Shown: in pieces, positions 24,501 to 36,369 of the stretch
Position numbering within the stretch: the stretch's first letter is position 1
Layout of the letters: the number at the start of each line of letters is the position of its first letter
Translations under genes and position numbers: made by a program
From: Eutreptiella sp. 'Long Island Sound 2002'
Taxonomy: Eukaryota; Protista; Euglenida
DNA length: 64,000 nucleotides
Assembly: GCA_964036045.1 (NCBI GenBank)
Contig: OZ038378.1
Location: 5,828,001 to 5,892,000, forward strand
Reading direction: 5' to 3'
The notes under the pieces: model-generated
What the model saw: only the letters and a program-made list of their open reading frames with translations
The model's database searches: none
What the model was told of the DNA's origin: nothing

Positions 24501-25647
24501 AGCGCCGAAGCGGCGGCGCCCCATTGCCCCACTGGCACGGTCACTAAGTGAAAGTGCCCACATTGTGGGAGCAGTCCGTCGAAGAAACAACACCCACATC
24601 CCCCCTCCCCTCGCCCAGGCATTGCCCCCGCCCGGGACAACGACACCCAGGCAGGCCCCCTGTGCTTTGATGAGGCCATGCCGACACGAGAAGCGGGTGC
24701 TTCGCCGCGGGTTCCAAGTTCAATGAGGGCTCATCATGGGCCCCCCCAACGCCAAACGTGTGCAGGAATGGGACGCTTGAGCAGCACCACCTCTTCACAG
24801 GCATGGCCCAGCCCCTCTTCCTCACGACCATCAGCCCACATCCGTGTCACTGTAAGTCACAGTCTCACAAGCGCTCAGAAAAACAATCATCAGAGAGGCC
24901 CACGGTGGGGGGGGGGAGTAGTACGCAGGGGGCGCCCTCTACCATTGCACCGTTGTACCGCAGGCCTCTTGCGCGGGTCTGCAGCCCTCACGGTCCGCCC
25001 CCCTGGGGCTGGGCACCACAACCCACACGGAAGGCACAAGGAAGAGGGAAGCGGGAGGGAGGGAGGGCCGGACGGCTGGTCACAACGATGAGAAGGGGAG
25101 GGGGGGGGGGGCGACTGGGGGTCACGGCTCGGCTGATGGCATTTGCAGGTCACCACATGCGAAGAGGATCAGCCAGACCGGCTGAGGCACTGAAAGACAC
25201 TCGGAGGGACCCCAGGCTGCGCCCTGCGGCTGTGCGCCTCGTGTGTGGCGCATCGAGTGTGGCCCGGCTCGTGTTGTCTGCGTCGCTTTCATGAAACTCA
25301 TGTGGCCTCGTGCCACTGGGGCACGGCGGGGGAATGCAGTGCATTCGGACTGGGCCTGGGCTGTGGGTTGAGGGGGTGTTTGATGTTGGCCACAGTGTCC
25401 GCGCGAAAAGCGGCCACGGCATGACAATGCGCACGGCAAACGAGTATTGGGAACGAGGGGCCCGCCAAACGCAAGGCGGTGTGCGGATGGACCGGGCGGA
25501 CGGACGAACACGCAGAGCGCAAGGCCCCGGGCGCATCCTTCGGGCGGTCAGGAACGCCGTCCGCATGCCCCGAGGCACGCGGATCTGCGTGGGTCCGCCG
25601 TACTGTACGCCTCAACAGGGGCCATGGGGGTGTGGCGCGTGCCCCAG

Positions 25648-26760
25648 ACTGACCCACGTGCCTCGTCCCTCGAGGGACGGCCTTCGGGAGAAGAAAGGAC
25701 CGGAGGAGGGTCCCCCCGGACGGAGGCACATGATGGCTTCCTGGTATGCGTGATAAGCCCTGACTTGTCCTTCTTTGTTCAGGATAAACAAACAATTCAC
25801 GAAACCTGGGTCAGGTTTACGACTACTAACCATGGTCTTAGGGAGCTCCCATATGCAGCACTGTGCTACCCAAGTAGTGAGGATCTCAGGGTGTACGAAT
25901 GTGCGGGCAGTTCCCAGTTAAGCCGAGATGGCCATGAAGACAGTGTCTAATATGACCGTGCAATGGCACTCGGTGTTTTTTCCATTCGCAGGGGCCAGAT
26001 ATCGCCCGCAAAGGCGTCGAATCTACGGAGGGGCTGCTCTACCAAACGGTCTGCAGGAGCCCCCCAAGACATGCCGCGCTCGGCGTGCCACGCATCCCTG
26101 CGTCCGGGCCCCGCGGGCACAGAGGGACCAAAGGAAGGGGGACGCAGGGCAACAAAACGCCGCCCTCCACTCGGCCCACGTCGTCTGTCGACGCACTGCG
26201 TTCGTAGATTCCGATTCGACAAGTCCCCCCGAGACTTAAGGCCGTGCCCCCCCCCAGTGCCCGGGCTGTGCTCCTGGACGACGCCGTCTCCCATTGGGCA
26301 CGGCCACGGCCGCAGGAACGGGGGGGCGGCGTGCACCGACCCTGTCGAGGGGGGCATGACCCTCCGTCACCCGTCGGGCAAAAGGATTGCGTCGCCCCGG
26401 TACCACCGGCGCCGAACACCCCAAACGGACGGGTGCTCGAAAGAGGCAACGACAATCGTAAATCAGATCGTGTGGCGCGGGGCTGCGCATGCGGCCGTGC
26501 GGACGAGGAGGCCCCCGCGGCCCTCAAACAGCCTCAGGCCCCTGGATATCTCTTCACACATTCTGTTGGCAGGGGAATGCGGTCTGTCACGCCCTGCACC
26601 CCCGACAGAGGGTGCTGCTGGAGGGGAGGGAGGGGGCCTGGGCAAAGGGAGTGGAAGTGACGATTGAAGGGCCCGTGATTCAACGAGTGGGCGACATGTT
26701 CAAGGAGAAGAAGGGGGGGGGCGCCGATGGTGGGACACAAGGTCAGGGCACTTCCCGGGC
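25648..26760 (+). CDS. Candidate multi-exon gene or pseudogene of unknown function
   Basis: Phase-0 GT-AG compatible exons 25648-25743, 25783-25890 and 25992-. An in-frame TAG at 26205 is followed by ~150 open codons; a further exon-like stretch lies at ~26570-26750. Confidence 0.35.
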
Positions 26761-27908
26761 AGCTGGGGCGGGCCTGAGCTTGAATGGGAAAGAGAGCGGC
26801 CGCAAAAGCGGCTGCTGCCGGTTTGGGTGCAATTTCCGGCAACTACAAAACACATAAAACGGTCTGAAAGACATTTTTGGGGGTCTGCTGGGGTCCAACT
26901 GGGAGTTCGCTCTGCCAGAGGGGGAAGAGGGGTTTGCCATCAATGCTCAGTAATTGTGCATCGGTAAAGCAGGGGCGGGGGTGTTCCCCAGAAGGGAAGC
27001 GGATGTACAGCCTGTCCCAGACCATGACCGGGAGCGGAGTACAGAATGGGCTGGAGGCTCCGGCGTAGAGGGAGGCGGTCAGGCACCAACAGTCCCCCAG
27101 ACAAATTTGCTGTGCTGCGGCATGCTGCGGCATGCTTCAAGCCGTTGGTGGGGGCAACCTAATTTTCCACTCAAACCGCTACATCAAACACAAACCATGG
27201 GTGTCTGTACAGCATAGGTACTGCCCAACGCCTTCTCCAATTGCCCACTGCAAACAGTCTGTGGTACTCCTGTTGTCTCCTTGTTCCTCTTGGGTTGTGT
27301 TGTCCCCTCGGCAGTGGGTTCAACAGTAGACATCAGAAGACAAAGTGAAGATAACAAGGGCCTGTCAAGGCACAACACCACCAGAAAGAAAAAAAAGGGG
27401 AGGAAATAGGTCAGCCTGGACCTTTGCTGTCTCTGCCTGTAGGACATCGTGTTGACAGCTCTGGGAATCGAATCAGGGACCTGTATACCACAGCCACTGC
27501 ATCTATCCACTAGAGTACCATCATTCTCTACTGCACAGGTGCTGAAAGATGGTATCAATACTTTGGTCTGAGCCGAATTTTCAGTGTGCTGCGGCATGCC
27601 GCGGCATGCTTCGGCCGTTGGTGCCTGGAGGCGGTGGCATCGAGGATCTATGGCGACGGATTGGGGTGCGCTTGTGATCCACGCGCACTCCCCCTGCCGG
27701 CACAAGCCAAGCCCGGGTGCATGTGAAGGGGGTGGGGCCATTGCCGCAAGTGGCCGGGCCCCACCGGCACGGGGGGAGGACCCCCTGACTCTGGCTCCAT
27801 TGGAAATCTGTCCCTCCATTTTGGTATGTGGTGTACCAATCGTCGATCCGGTCCATAAAGTCCCATGTTCATGACAGGGACGCGGTCATATGTCTCCACC
27901 CCTGGGCC

Positions 27909-28100
27909 CAGGGATGCATTGGAACGGGTGGGGGTGCCCCACCCCCTTTTCATGGGCTGCACCAGCAGCCCCCCCCCCCTCCTCCTCACCGCAATCGGGG
28001 CTGACCGTAACCCTCAAACCGTTGTGCCAAAGCCTTCCAACCGCATTCCCAACCCCCCCCGAGACCCCGGCTCTGGATCCCCTCCCGTTCAACTGCCCCC
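27909..28100. mobile_element. Degenerate copy of the CAGGGATGCATT MITE family
   Basis: Starts CAGGGATGCATTGGAACGG; the interior resembles the reverse complement of 29671-29882. Confidence 0.55.
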
Positions 28101-29670
28101 AGCGTCCCACCCAACGAGAGGCAGGGATGCGGCGCAGTGCCCGGCCAGAGCGGCGCTGGTGCACTAACGTTCGCCGTCGCGGTCAGGATCTGTTCCCCGC
28201 AGTCGGGCCCCTCCGCCCTCAGGAGGGCACACGGTGGGTGCATGGCACGGGGGTGACTGCACGGTGCGCGCAGGCAGTGGCATGGGTTGCCTCAGAAAGT
28301 CGGTTTCGAGGCCTTTGGTGGCTTGGAACTCTTCGCCAACACGACGTTTTGCAGTTCCATATTGATGCCCGTGTCCTGCAGAAGGCGTGGGCGAGGGACT
28401 GTGGCGGAGGTGCATGGAAAGGGCGGTGGGTCTCGGGATGAGGCTACAATTCCTTGCTGAAAAGCCCCGGTTTGCGACCCGATGGCGCAGCGAACTCTCG
28501 TCTACGGAAGCCCCTTTGATCGTGGGTAGTCTTCAGCCATTTCCCCGCCACACTGCCTGGAGGTTCTTAGACACCCTAAACACTGTTCAGATGAGCAACA
28601 GTCACACTTTTACGGACGGATACCACCGCTGATGATGCTCGATTCATGTGGACGCCCACACAAACTGGGGCAATTGTCCTCAACCAGTCAAATCGGAAAG
28701 TACCGTCCACAGGTTTCTGCTGCTCCCTCCGAAATGCCATTGCATCCGGAGCTTCTGCACTTGCCTTCCGCAGACCTCAGCCCATGCCTGGCAGTGCCGC
28801 CAATCTCCAAAGCCATCGACAGGAGTAGCAGGTGCCTTGGACACAAACCGTCTTCCCCTTTTGTTGTTCCCAACGTGAATAGTCTCCACTTGTCTTGTTC
28901 GCTGCTGCGCTCCATGCTCCAAGTCCCTCTGCCTTCTGCCATGTGCCTTGTACGTCAATGCCCCCATGCCCATCCCCTTGCATGCGTCCCTCTGTCAGTT
29001 CAGCTCCGTCGCCCTCTCCCTCTTCCTCGGCATGTCTGAGGCTGTTTGCCCTGTTTCCACTGTTCCATGCCTCTGCCGGCTCTGCACAGTGCGTTCAGTG
29101 CATGAAAGGACCTGGAAAGACGCCCTGTGCCCATGCTCTGTATCATCGTCGTCGTCGCTGCTCTCCAAAATACTGCGCACCACGTATACACAGAATCCCA
29201 CAAAGGCCAGCGATGCAATCTGCAAATGGGACCACGAGCAAAACAGAGCACGGTCTGGGGGCACGCATGAAGCACTATTTGGCATGATTTGACACAGATG
29301 TTCAAGCACATTGGCGAGGCCCCACCCACTGTTCACCCTGTCATGGGGTGGTGGCTGACCACCTCAAGGCGAAGTGTCCGGTGCAGGTGGACTTGGAGCG
29401 GTTTGCGTTCTCATGTTGCACAAAATGCAGTCTTGGATTGCGCATGGCACTCGGGCTGTACATTGCATTTTCAATGCATGTTAGACACTGCTTTCCCGAG
29501 CCGCACATCGCATGCTCATGTTACGGATTGCATTCGTGGGCTTACAGGTTGCAGCCTCATGCTCTACGCATAAATGCTTCAAATTGGGCCTCATTCAACA
29601 AGCAAGTTCTAGGTCCTGGAAAAGGACTTCTGACTGCGCATTGCAGGGATATAGTGGGGGGGGGGTGCCC

Positions 29671-29882
29671 CAGGGATGCATTAGAAGGGAAGGGACTTCA
29701 GAGGGGGCTGCAGAGGCGGTTGATAGGCGGTTGGAGGAGGTTGCCAAACCGGTTGGGGGCGGTTACTGTCGGTTACAAATGCCATGGAGCGTGGTATTTG
29801 CCGCCAGGGAGACAGTGGCTGGGCACAGGCTGGGCGCCCTGGAGGGGGGGGGATCCCTTCCCCCCGTTCCAATGCATCCCCA
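29671..29882. mobile_element. 212-bp hAT-type MITE
   Basis: TIRs CAGGGATGCATT / AATGCATCCCCA with an exact 8-bp TSD GGGTGCCC (29663-29670, 29883-29890). Confidence 0.85.
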
Positions 29883-31649
29883 GGGTGCCCCCCACCCCTT
29901 TATATGACGAAATGACAATGACAAAATTCGGCGGGCCAATTTTGACTTTTGAAAAAAAAAGATTCTTGGCCCCAGCCACAAACATCTCCGCGTTCAGCAC
30001 ATTCCACCGATCACTTTGACGGGCCTGATGACATTTTTTTGCAAGGAAATTTTTTCGAGATTTTGGACCACTTTTGGCCCCTCAGAAAAAAAATTCGGTG
30101 GCTTCAGCCGCAAAATTTACCCTTTTTTGGTCACTAATACATCCATCCCTGGCCCATTGGCGTGGTGGTAGCTGTGCGCGTTGGGTGTTGGTGGGGGGTT
30201 GACATTTCGGATGTGGCGCTGGGCTTATCTGCTGAGCATGTCCTGATAACTGACCTCAGACCAACTGTCTTACCGCCCCCCCGTATCCAACGAACAATTA
30301 AGTCCTTAAAAAATACGGCCCGAACAGGAGCGTCCCTGGACACGCCGTTCGGTGCGTGCCACGATGTTGTGAAACAACGGTAACACATCCCTGAGCACAA
30401 GATACCCGGCCCATTCCAAGGTCCTGTAGCTGAGGGACACCATTCCCTCATGTCCTGCTTCACAAATTTGCCCACCATGACTGCAAGATGCATCACAACA
30501 GCCCCTCATTTCCCGAATCATTTAGCCTGAAACCCCAGTTCTAAAACCTGGTACCTAATTGATTAGGCTCTACAATAATACGGTCTGAAAGGAAGTGTTT
30601 GTTGGACATGGCTTTCGTTGGACACGGGGGGGGGGGGGGGTCCAATGTGCTGTTGTTGCTGGTAATCTGCCATGCCTGGATTTCATAGCACCCCCCACTG
30701 CTGTTTGAGATGGACATCACACTCTCCCCTGTTGTTGCCGATTGCCTGCTGTGTCCGAGATCTATGCCCCGTTTGCCGGGTCGCAGTGCTGGCAGCTCAG
30801 GGGAAATCATACCAGAAAAGACAAACTGCTTAACAGCCCTTGCCGGCCACGGAACGTATTGTAATCGGTGGTCGACTGGTACAGTGGGACGGACAATAGA
30901 CAGCACACCGCACAACTACAGCAGAACAACAACAGTTGCTTGATCCTCCTGTGCAAAGGAGCAGTGGATGGGACCGGACAGCGGGTAGATGAGCCCGTGG
31001 TTGCAGGGAAAGAGGCCGCGAACGATCAAGGCAAATGGACGGCAAGTCAAGAGACATTCCATTGCCTTTGGCATTGTGAAGAAACCGCATTGCTGCTTTC
31101 CGTGCAGCCAATGCATAGTGCAGCCTCCTCTCTCCCTTGTGAAAGCAGCAAAGCGGTTGGCATGGTGTGTGTCTCATTGGGACTTGAAACATTGGAACAA
31201 AGACCACATTGAATAGGAGTAGAACCCTTATCGCGCGCTGTTCCGATGGTGGATGTGGTGGCCCGTAATATCGGTTGGCGAGTAACCCACGGCATCATTG
31301 AGCTGACACCATGTGCAGTTTGTCTTCGTATGGATAAGCCTGAGCCGGCGTAGAACCTTGTCTGTCCTGGCAACGCTTCGTGCAGGCCCGCATGTCTGCG
31401 TGTCGTCTGCAAACACGGCCCATTCCAAGCGCGGGAAGCCCGTAACCCGCTGTTGTCCTTTTGCCTGTGCTTGTGCAAAAGGGCGGCTGCAGCGAATGTA
31501 CCCGCTCAGCACTACACCATACGTGGGGCCACTGGTGCTGAGTTGTTAAGTGGAACTCTGCCCCCGGGGCGCACTCCACACAGACCCCCCGGGGCGCACG
31601 TGTGACACAGCAGGATTCGGTGTGGCCGGGGTCGTGGTACAGGCATTCA

Positions 31650-31850
31650 AGCCACTCACATGCATGTATTCAACCTGTACACAGTGCCTACAACATGCAC
31701 ACGGTGTCCACGCATCGTGTCTACTACATGTGCACGGTGCCCCAAACATGTCCAAAACGCATGCACAATGCGTACAACACGTGCACATTGGCGACATGTG
31801 CACAGCGTTGTGCATACTGTGCACATGTCGTGGACTGCGCACACGACCCC
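31650..31850. repeat. Degenerate ~20-bp ACATGTGCAC-rich minisatellite
   Basis: Repeated ACATGTGCAC(A/G)GTGC-like units. Confidence 0.6.
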
Positions 31851-32601
31851 CTGATACCGAATAGGTGATGACTGCTGACCTTTGCAACATGGAATACACA
31901 TGGACGATGTTGGGTGGATGAGGGGCTTTGGCAGCGTTCATTGGCCCCCAGCGGCTGTACGGCATGGACGTTGGAGAGGTGCAAAAGGCAGTGGACACCG
32001 CAAAAACGCACCGGGCTCGTAGCATACACACTGATCTGCACACATAAACTTCGTTGCACACTAGACACACATGTTTGCTGCTTGGGATAGGATTGGACAA
32101 ACACCTCAGCACTTTTGGGCAACGTCATATGGGTATCCCCAGGGGGGGTCCTATCACACTTCTGAGCGCACAAAAAACTGACCTCGCAGGGCGGATTCAA
32201 CTTCATCATGGGTGGGGCTATCACATCGTAAGCCCCACTATCGGCCCATTGTAATGGGGTGGGATGGGATGGTCTGACTCCAACGATTTTGGCAGATGCC
32301 CCGGCCCATCACAAACTTGCTTCTGCATTCATCGTTCCCTCCCTCTCTCGTTCCTTGCCTCCCTTGCTCGGGCCGTCGCTTCCTTCGTCCATTCCCCCCG
32401 CTTTCTCGCCGCACCCGTCCACACGCAACAGGCCCCTTCCTCCTCTTAGAAAACCCCCGTCACTTTGTGAGGGCAAGGGGGCCCTCCCTTAAACCCGCCC
32501 CAGCGTCACGAACAACAGGCCCAAGGACGCTCTGAACTACGCATGAGTGCCACGACACCGTGATGCATGGGCCACACACACACAGACATGGCACGTCGGA
32601 C

Positions 32602-33061
32602 CTCGAACAGGACTCCGCCGTTTGGTGTCGTTGCACAGCACAGAACAGCAGCGCATAGAGCATGGTGGCCAGCACATGGAACAGGGTAGTGATGAAGAAG
32701 GCGCGGATCAATACAATGCTGCCCTGGATCTGGGCCATCATGAGCAGCCAACACACGGCCGATAGCCCCATGTTCAAATACTGCCAGGAAGCGTGTGCAC
32801 ACAACACGCACACAGCCACATACCCGTGTGAAGACATGCACGCATCGCCTCATTCCCCTGCACCGCTTTCTGTACGGGGGTGGGGGGGGGTGCAAAGACG
32901 ATATGCACACACACAACTCAAATTTCTGTGCAGGAGGTACAATATGACTCACACGGAGGAAATGTGGTCTGTGCGGATGGAACCGCCGGAACACTGAGGC
33001 ACCGTCCACTGGGCGCTTCTGTGAAAGGCTGAGCGCTGCCAATTTGGAAATCCTGCGACAC
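32602..33061 (-). CDS. Two candidate exons of a membrane protein (32953-33061 and 32602-32780)
   Basis: CGT|GTGAGT donor and CTGGCAG| acceptor (172-nt intron) give FRRFHPHRPHFLR|YLNMGLSAVCWLLMMAQIQGSIVLIRAFFITTLFHVLATMLYALLFCAV, with two hydrophobic helices. Confidence 0.45.
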
Positions 33062-36000
33062 CTGCACCGCAAAACTCTCTTCTCTGTTGGCGGGGGTGAC
33101 GAGCAGAGGTGGGCGCGGGGGCGGCGAGCGCGCAGCAGCCAGCGCTACACGGACCGGCACATGTGCCACACACACACAACTCCCCATTCGAAATGCCCGG
33201 CGCACGGTTTTGGCATCGGGGCGCATGCCGAGGCGGCGCGAACGCGTGAGGGCCAGGGCCGGGGCAAGAGACTGGCCACGCACCACGAGCCGGGGGTCCC
33301 ACTGTGAGACCCGGATATGGGGCACAGTGCCCGACAAGGGCAGGGCGGGGGACACGGGGCTGCGGACCCCTGGACCCCGTGGCACACAACGCGGGTCTAC
33401 ACGTGTGTGCACGCCGCAGTGCCGGGGCAGGGCCGTGCCAGCCCTCCGCGAGGCAGAGCAGCGGACTCATCAGAAGGTCTGGGGCATTGGGGGATCATAA
33501 TGGTCGTGGAAATGGGGCGGGGGGGTTGGCATGATGCCATGGTTGTGTTGTTCTCTGCAGCTGGCGGCGAACAAAAGAAAAGCATTGTTTTGTCTCGTGA
33601 CACTCGGTACGCCAACTGCCACCCCCGCACATGCCACGCCACATCACCCTCCCCTGCCCCTGCCCCTGTGTCCCATGTTGCTTGCCTCTCTATAGGCCTG
33701 CAAAGACTTCGACAAGGCTGCCTACTGCCGGTCACCGTGACGGCACGGTGAACCAAAATGCGGGTGGAGTGAAGCAGCAAGGAGGCGCAAGACAGGCAGG
33801 GCGTCAACTAGCCTCCGCTTCCAAGGCTCTACTAAGCAAGGCACCATGAAAAGTAGAGCCGGACAAAGCATGACGGATTCATGTGACCCTTCCCTCTCAC
33901 AACCCTTTCATATGATATCATGTATGGTATCTTGATTCCACTAGTCTAAACATGTTCATCGCACTTCGTTATGAATGTAGGATCACATGCCAGACATCAT
34001 GCAGGTCTCACTTTGTTGCCAAGTCAACCTGCGGTGAACCATCGACCACGGCCCCGCCATGCGCCACAATGCGGGTCTCCACGTCCCTTGACCACACATG
34101 AGAAAGCACCGCATGTTGTCCCCCGAGGACGGCCCTGCAATGCAGCCCCTCACACCTGAAGCAATTCATCCGCAAATTCATACCAAAGGTACCGTGTCCT
34201 GAAAGGCAGCCGGTGGAACACTCAGCGTGTGTTGTCGCGTGGGGGGTAGGCCCCTGGGGCACTGCCCCCTCGGGATCATGTGGCGTGGAACGGCAATGGC
34301 CCGCCCCATTCATATCACATCATCGACAAAGGGGCGGGGAATGCAAAGGGGCTGCTGCTGGAAAAAGCGCCAACAGATGCAAAGGCAACGGTACAACACA
34401 GCGGCTGATGGCCACAGGCTACTGACCCGTCCACTGGAAGATGAGCAGTCGGGGTCTGCACAACTTAACCCCATTGGGATTTGCACATTCAGTCTGAATG
34501 GGCTGTGGTCCTTCACCAGGACATCACCTGGACCACATCACCACAGGACCACAAGACCACAGCGGCTGCACCAACTCTGAGTCGAATGTGTAGGATGCTC
34601 TCAACAAGGGGGCACAGAGCCAGGGCACGACTCAATGCAAGAAGCCAAACTGGAACAAAACGCCGTGGAGTTGTAGCGATGAAGGCGGTGGGACATTGTC
34701 ATCCCCCCCCCCCTTTGTTACGGTATGCAGGGAGGTACCAACGCACAAATTGGGCGATTAGAGAACTGCAGTTGGGGTGGGGGTCTGGGGCCCCCCGACG
34801 CGGCCGTGGGGTGGGGTGGGGTGGGGTGGGGGGCGGCCTGGAAAATGTTCCATGTCTAGAGCCCCAGAAGCGTTCTTTTTCGAAACTTTTTGGAAAACGG
34901 TTGGTCCATCAAGAACGAGACAAATGGCCATTTCTCAGAGTCGCCTCGACGCACGGACGTCAAAGATCCCATTGTCATTGTTGTTTTTGGATCTTTTCAC
35001 CACAGATGAGAGCCCCGGCAATGGTCCGACCATGAATGCAGCAGCGAAGCTTGTTTTCAAATGTTCTTCAGCATGCCCAATTTGTTTGTCCGCCCCTTTT
35101 TGTTACGGCTCTAGCAGGCCCCTCCTGATGAAAGGTCCCCGTCCTTAGATCTGGCCCCGAGTCTCTTCGGATACATCCAGCATGGCATCCCTCATCCGCA
35201 TCAGACCTGGCGCCCCCGGTTAGAGGCATCAACTCGTTGGGATCCCCTGGTCCAGACAAATACTCCAAACGCGGCTCGGGGATCGGGTCGTCGTCATCAT
35301 CTTCACATAAATGCAGCCGTGTCATGGCTCCCAACAAAAGCAAAATATAGGTCTGCAGGCAATAACTGACAATAGATGATATGCATCAACAACTAATACC
35401 ATACAAAGTCACGGAGGCTGGCTGAACATTTTGTAACTCTGTATTCACGCAAGGCCAAAAGACAAAGGGGCACTTTGGGCTCAGGCGAAGGTAGTAGTCT
35501 TGGCACTGGTTGTGGTAGTGGTAATGGTAGTGGTAACTCCATGCCCCTTGCCCAAGTCACCCCTTGTCTAAGCCCAACTGCCTCAAAAGACTGCATAAAT
35601 TTGGCGCCCGGTTTAATTTAGCAGTCCTTGAAGGGAAGCTAATGAGATCCAAAGCTTTTGTGTAAGGTGTTGTAACGTCTTGCCCCAGCCGTTCAAGGGT
35701 GGTTGGTTGGGTGGGTTGGTTTAGGTGTTGGGTTTTTGGGTGGGTGGACACATGCCAAACCACGACACATCCATGCAACACCCCACCAAACACAAAAACA
35801 AGGGCATACACCAACAAACAAGTACAAGCAGTGCAAATAGGGTTCAGAGGACACAGGCCAGACTGTACCATACAAACCATACAAAAATCACACCCTTGCA
35901 AAGAATGTCAAGGCCATGTACAAGGGTCCCTTATTGGGGTGCCCCGGGCACTTGTGTGTCAGGCACCGGGCCGGGTACTTGACAAGTGCCACCACCTCCG

Positions 36001-36369
36001 TTCGGAGCTCCGGTGGCAGGGAGGTCGTGGCGGTAAGCACTATGTGCTGTGCGCGGGACGGCCACTCCTAGTAGCGCCCTCCCGGTGGCGCGCGGGCCTA
36101 CCCATGAAAGGAATGGTCACATGCCCCACACGCACTGCCATCAGAGACCCTGATGACACACTTGCGGCAGCATTTCGGGGTGCATGCAACGCTTTACCCC
36201 CACCCCAGTACTTGCATCCGCCAGGGGAGCCGGGAGTCTAGTTCCATGACCTACCACCGCTTCAAGCCGTTTATTTACGGGCGTTTACAGGCTGTTCGGC
36301 ACCCGGCACCCAGATTGTGTAAATGGGTGTAAATTTTTCCCCAAAATGGCGTAAATTCCCAACAACAGT

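Noticed and set aside
172-26207. TAG reassigned to a sense codon (Gln), suggested by repeated in-frame TAGs
   Set aside because: About 1290 codons of apparently functional exons, including a Gln-rich coiled coil, contain no in-frame TAG, and TAG also replaces expected Trp. Mutation explains it better.
33440-33480. Hammerhead ribozyme (CTGATGAG + stem on minus; also CTGATGGA near 8795)
   Set aside because: No GAAA core follows stem II.
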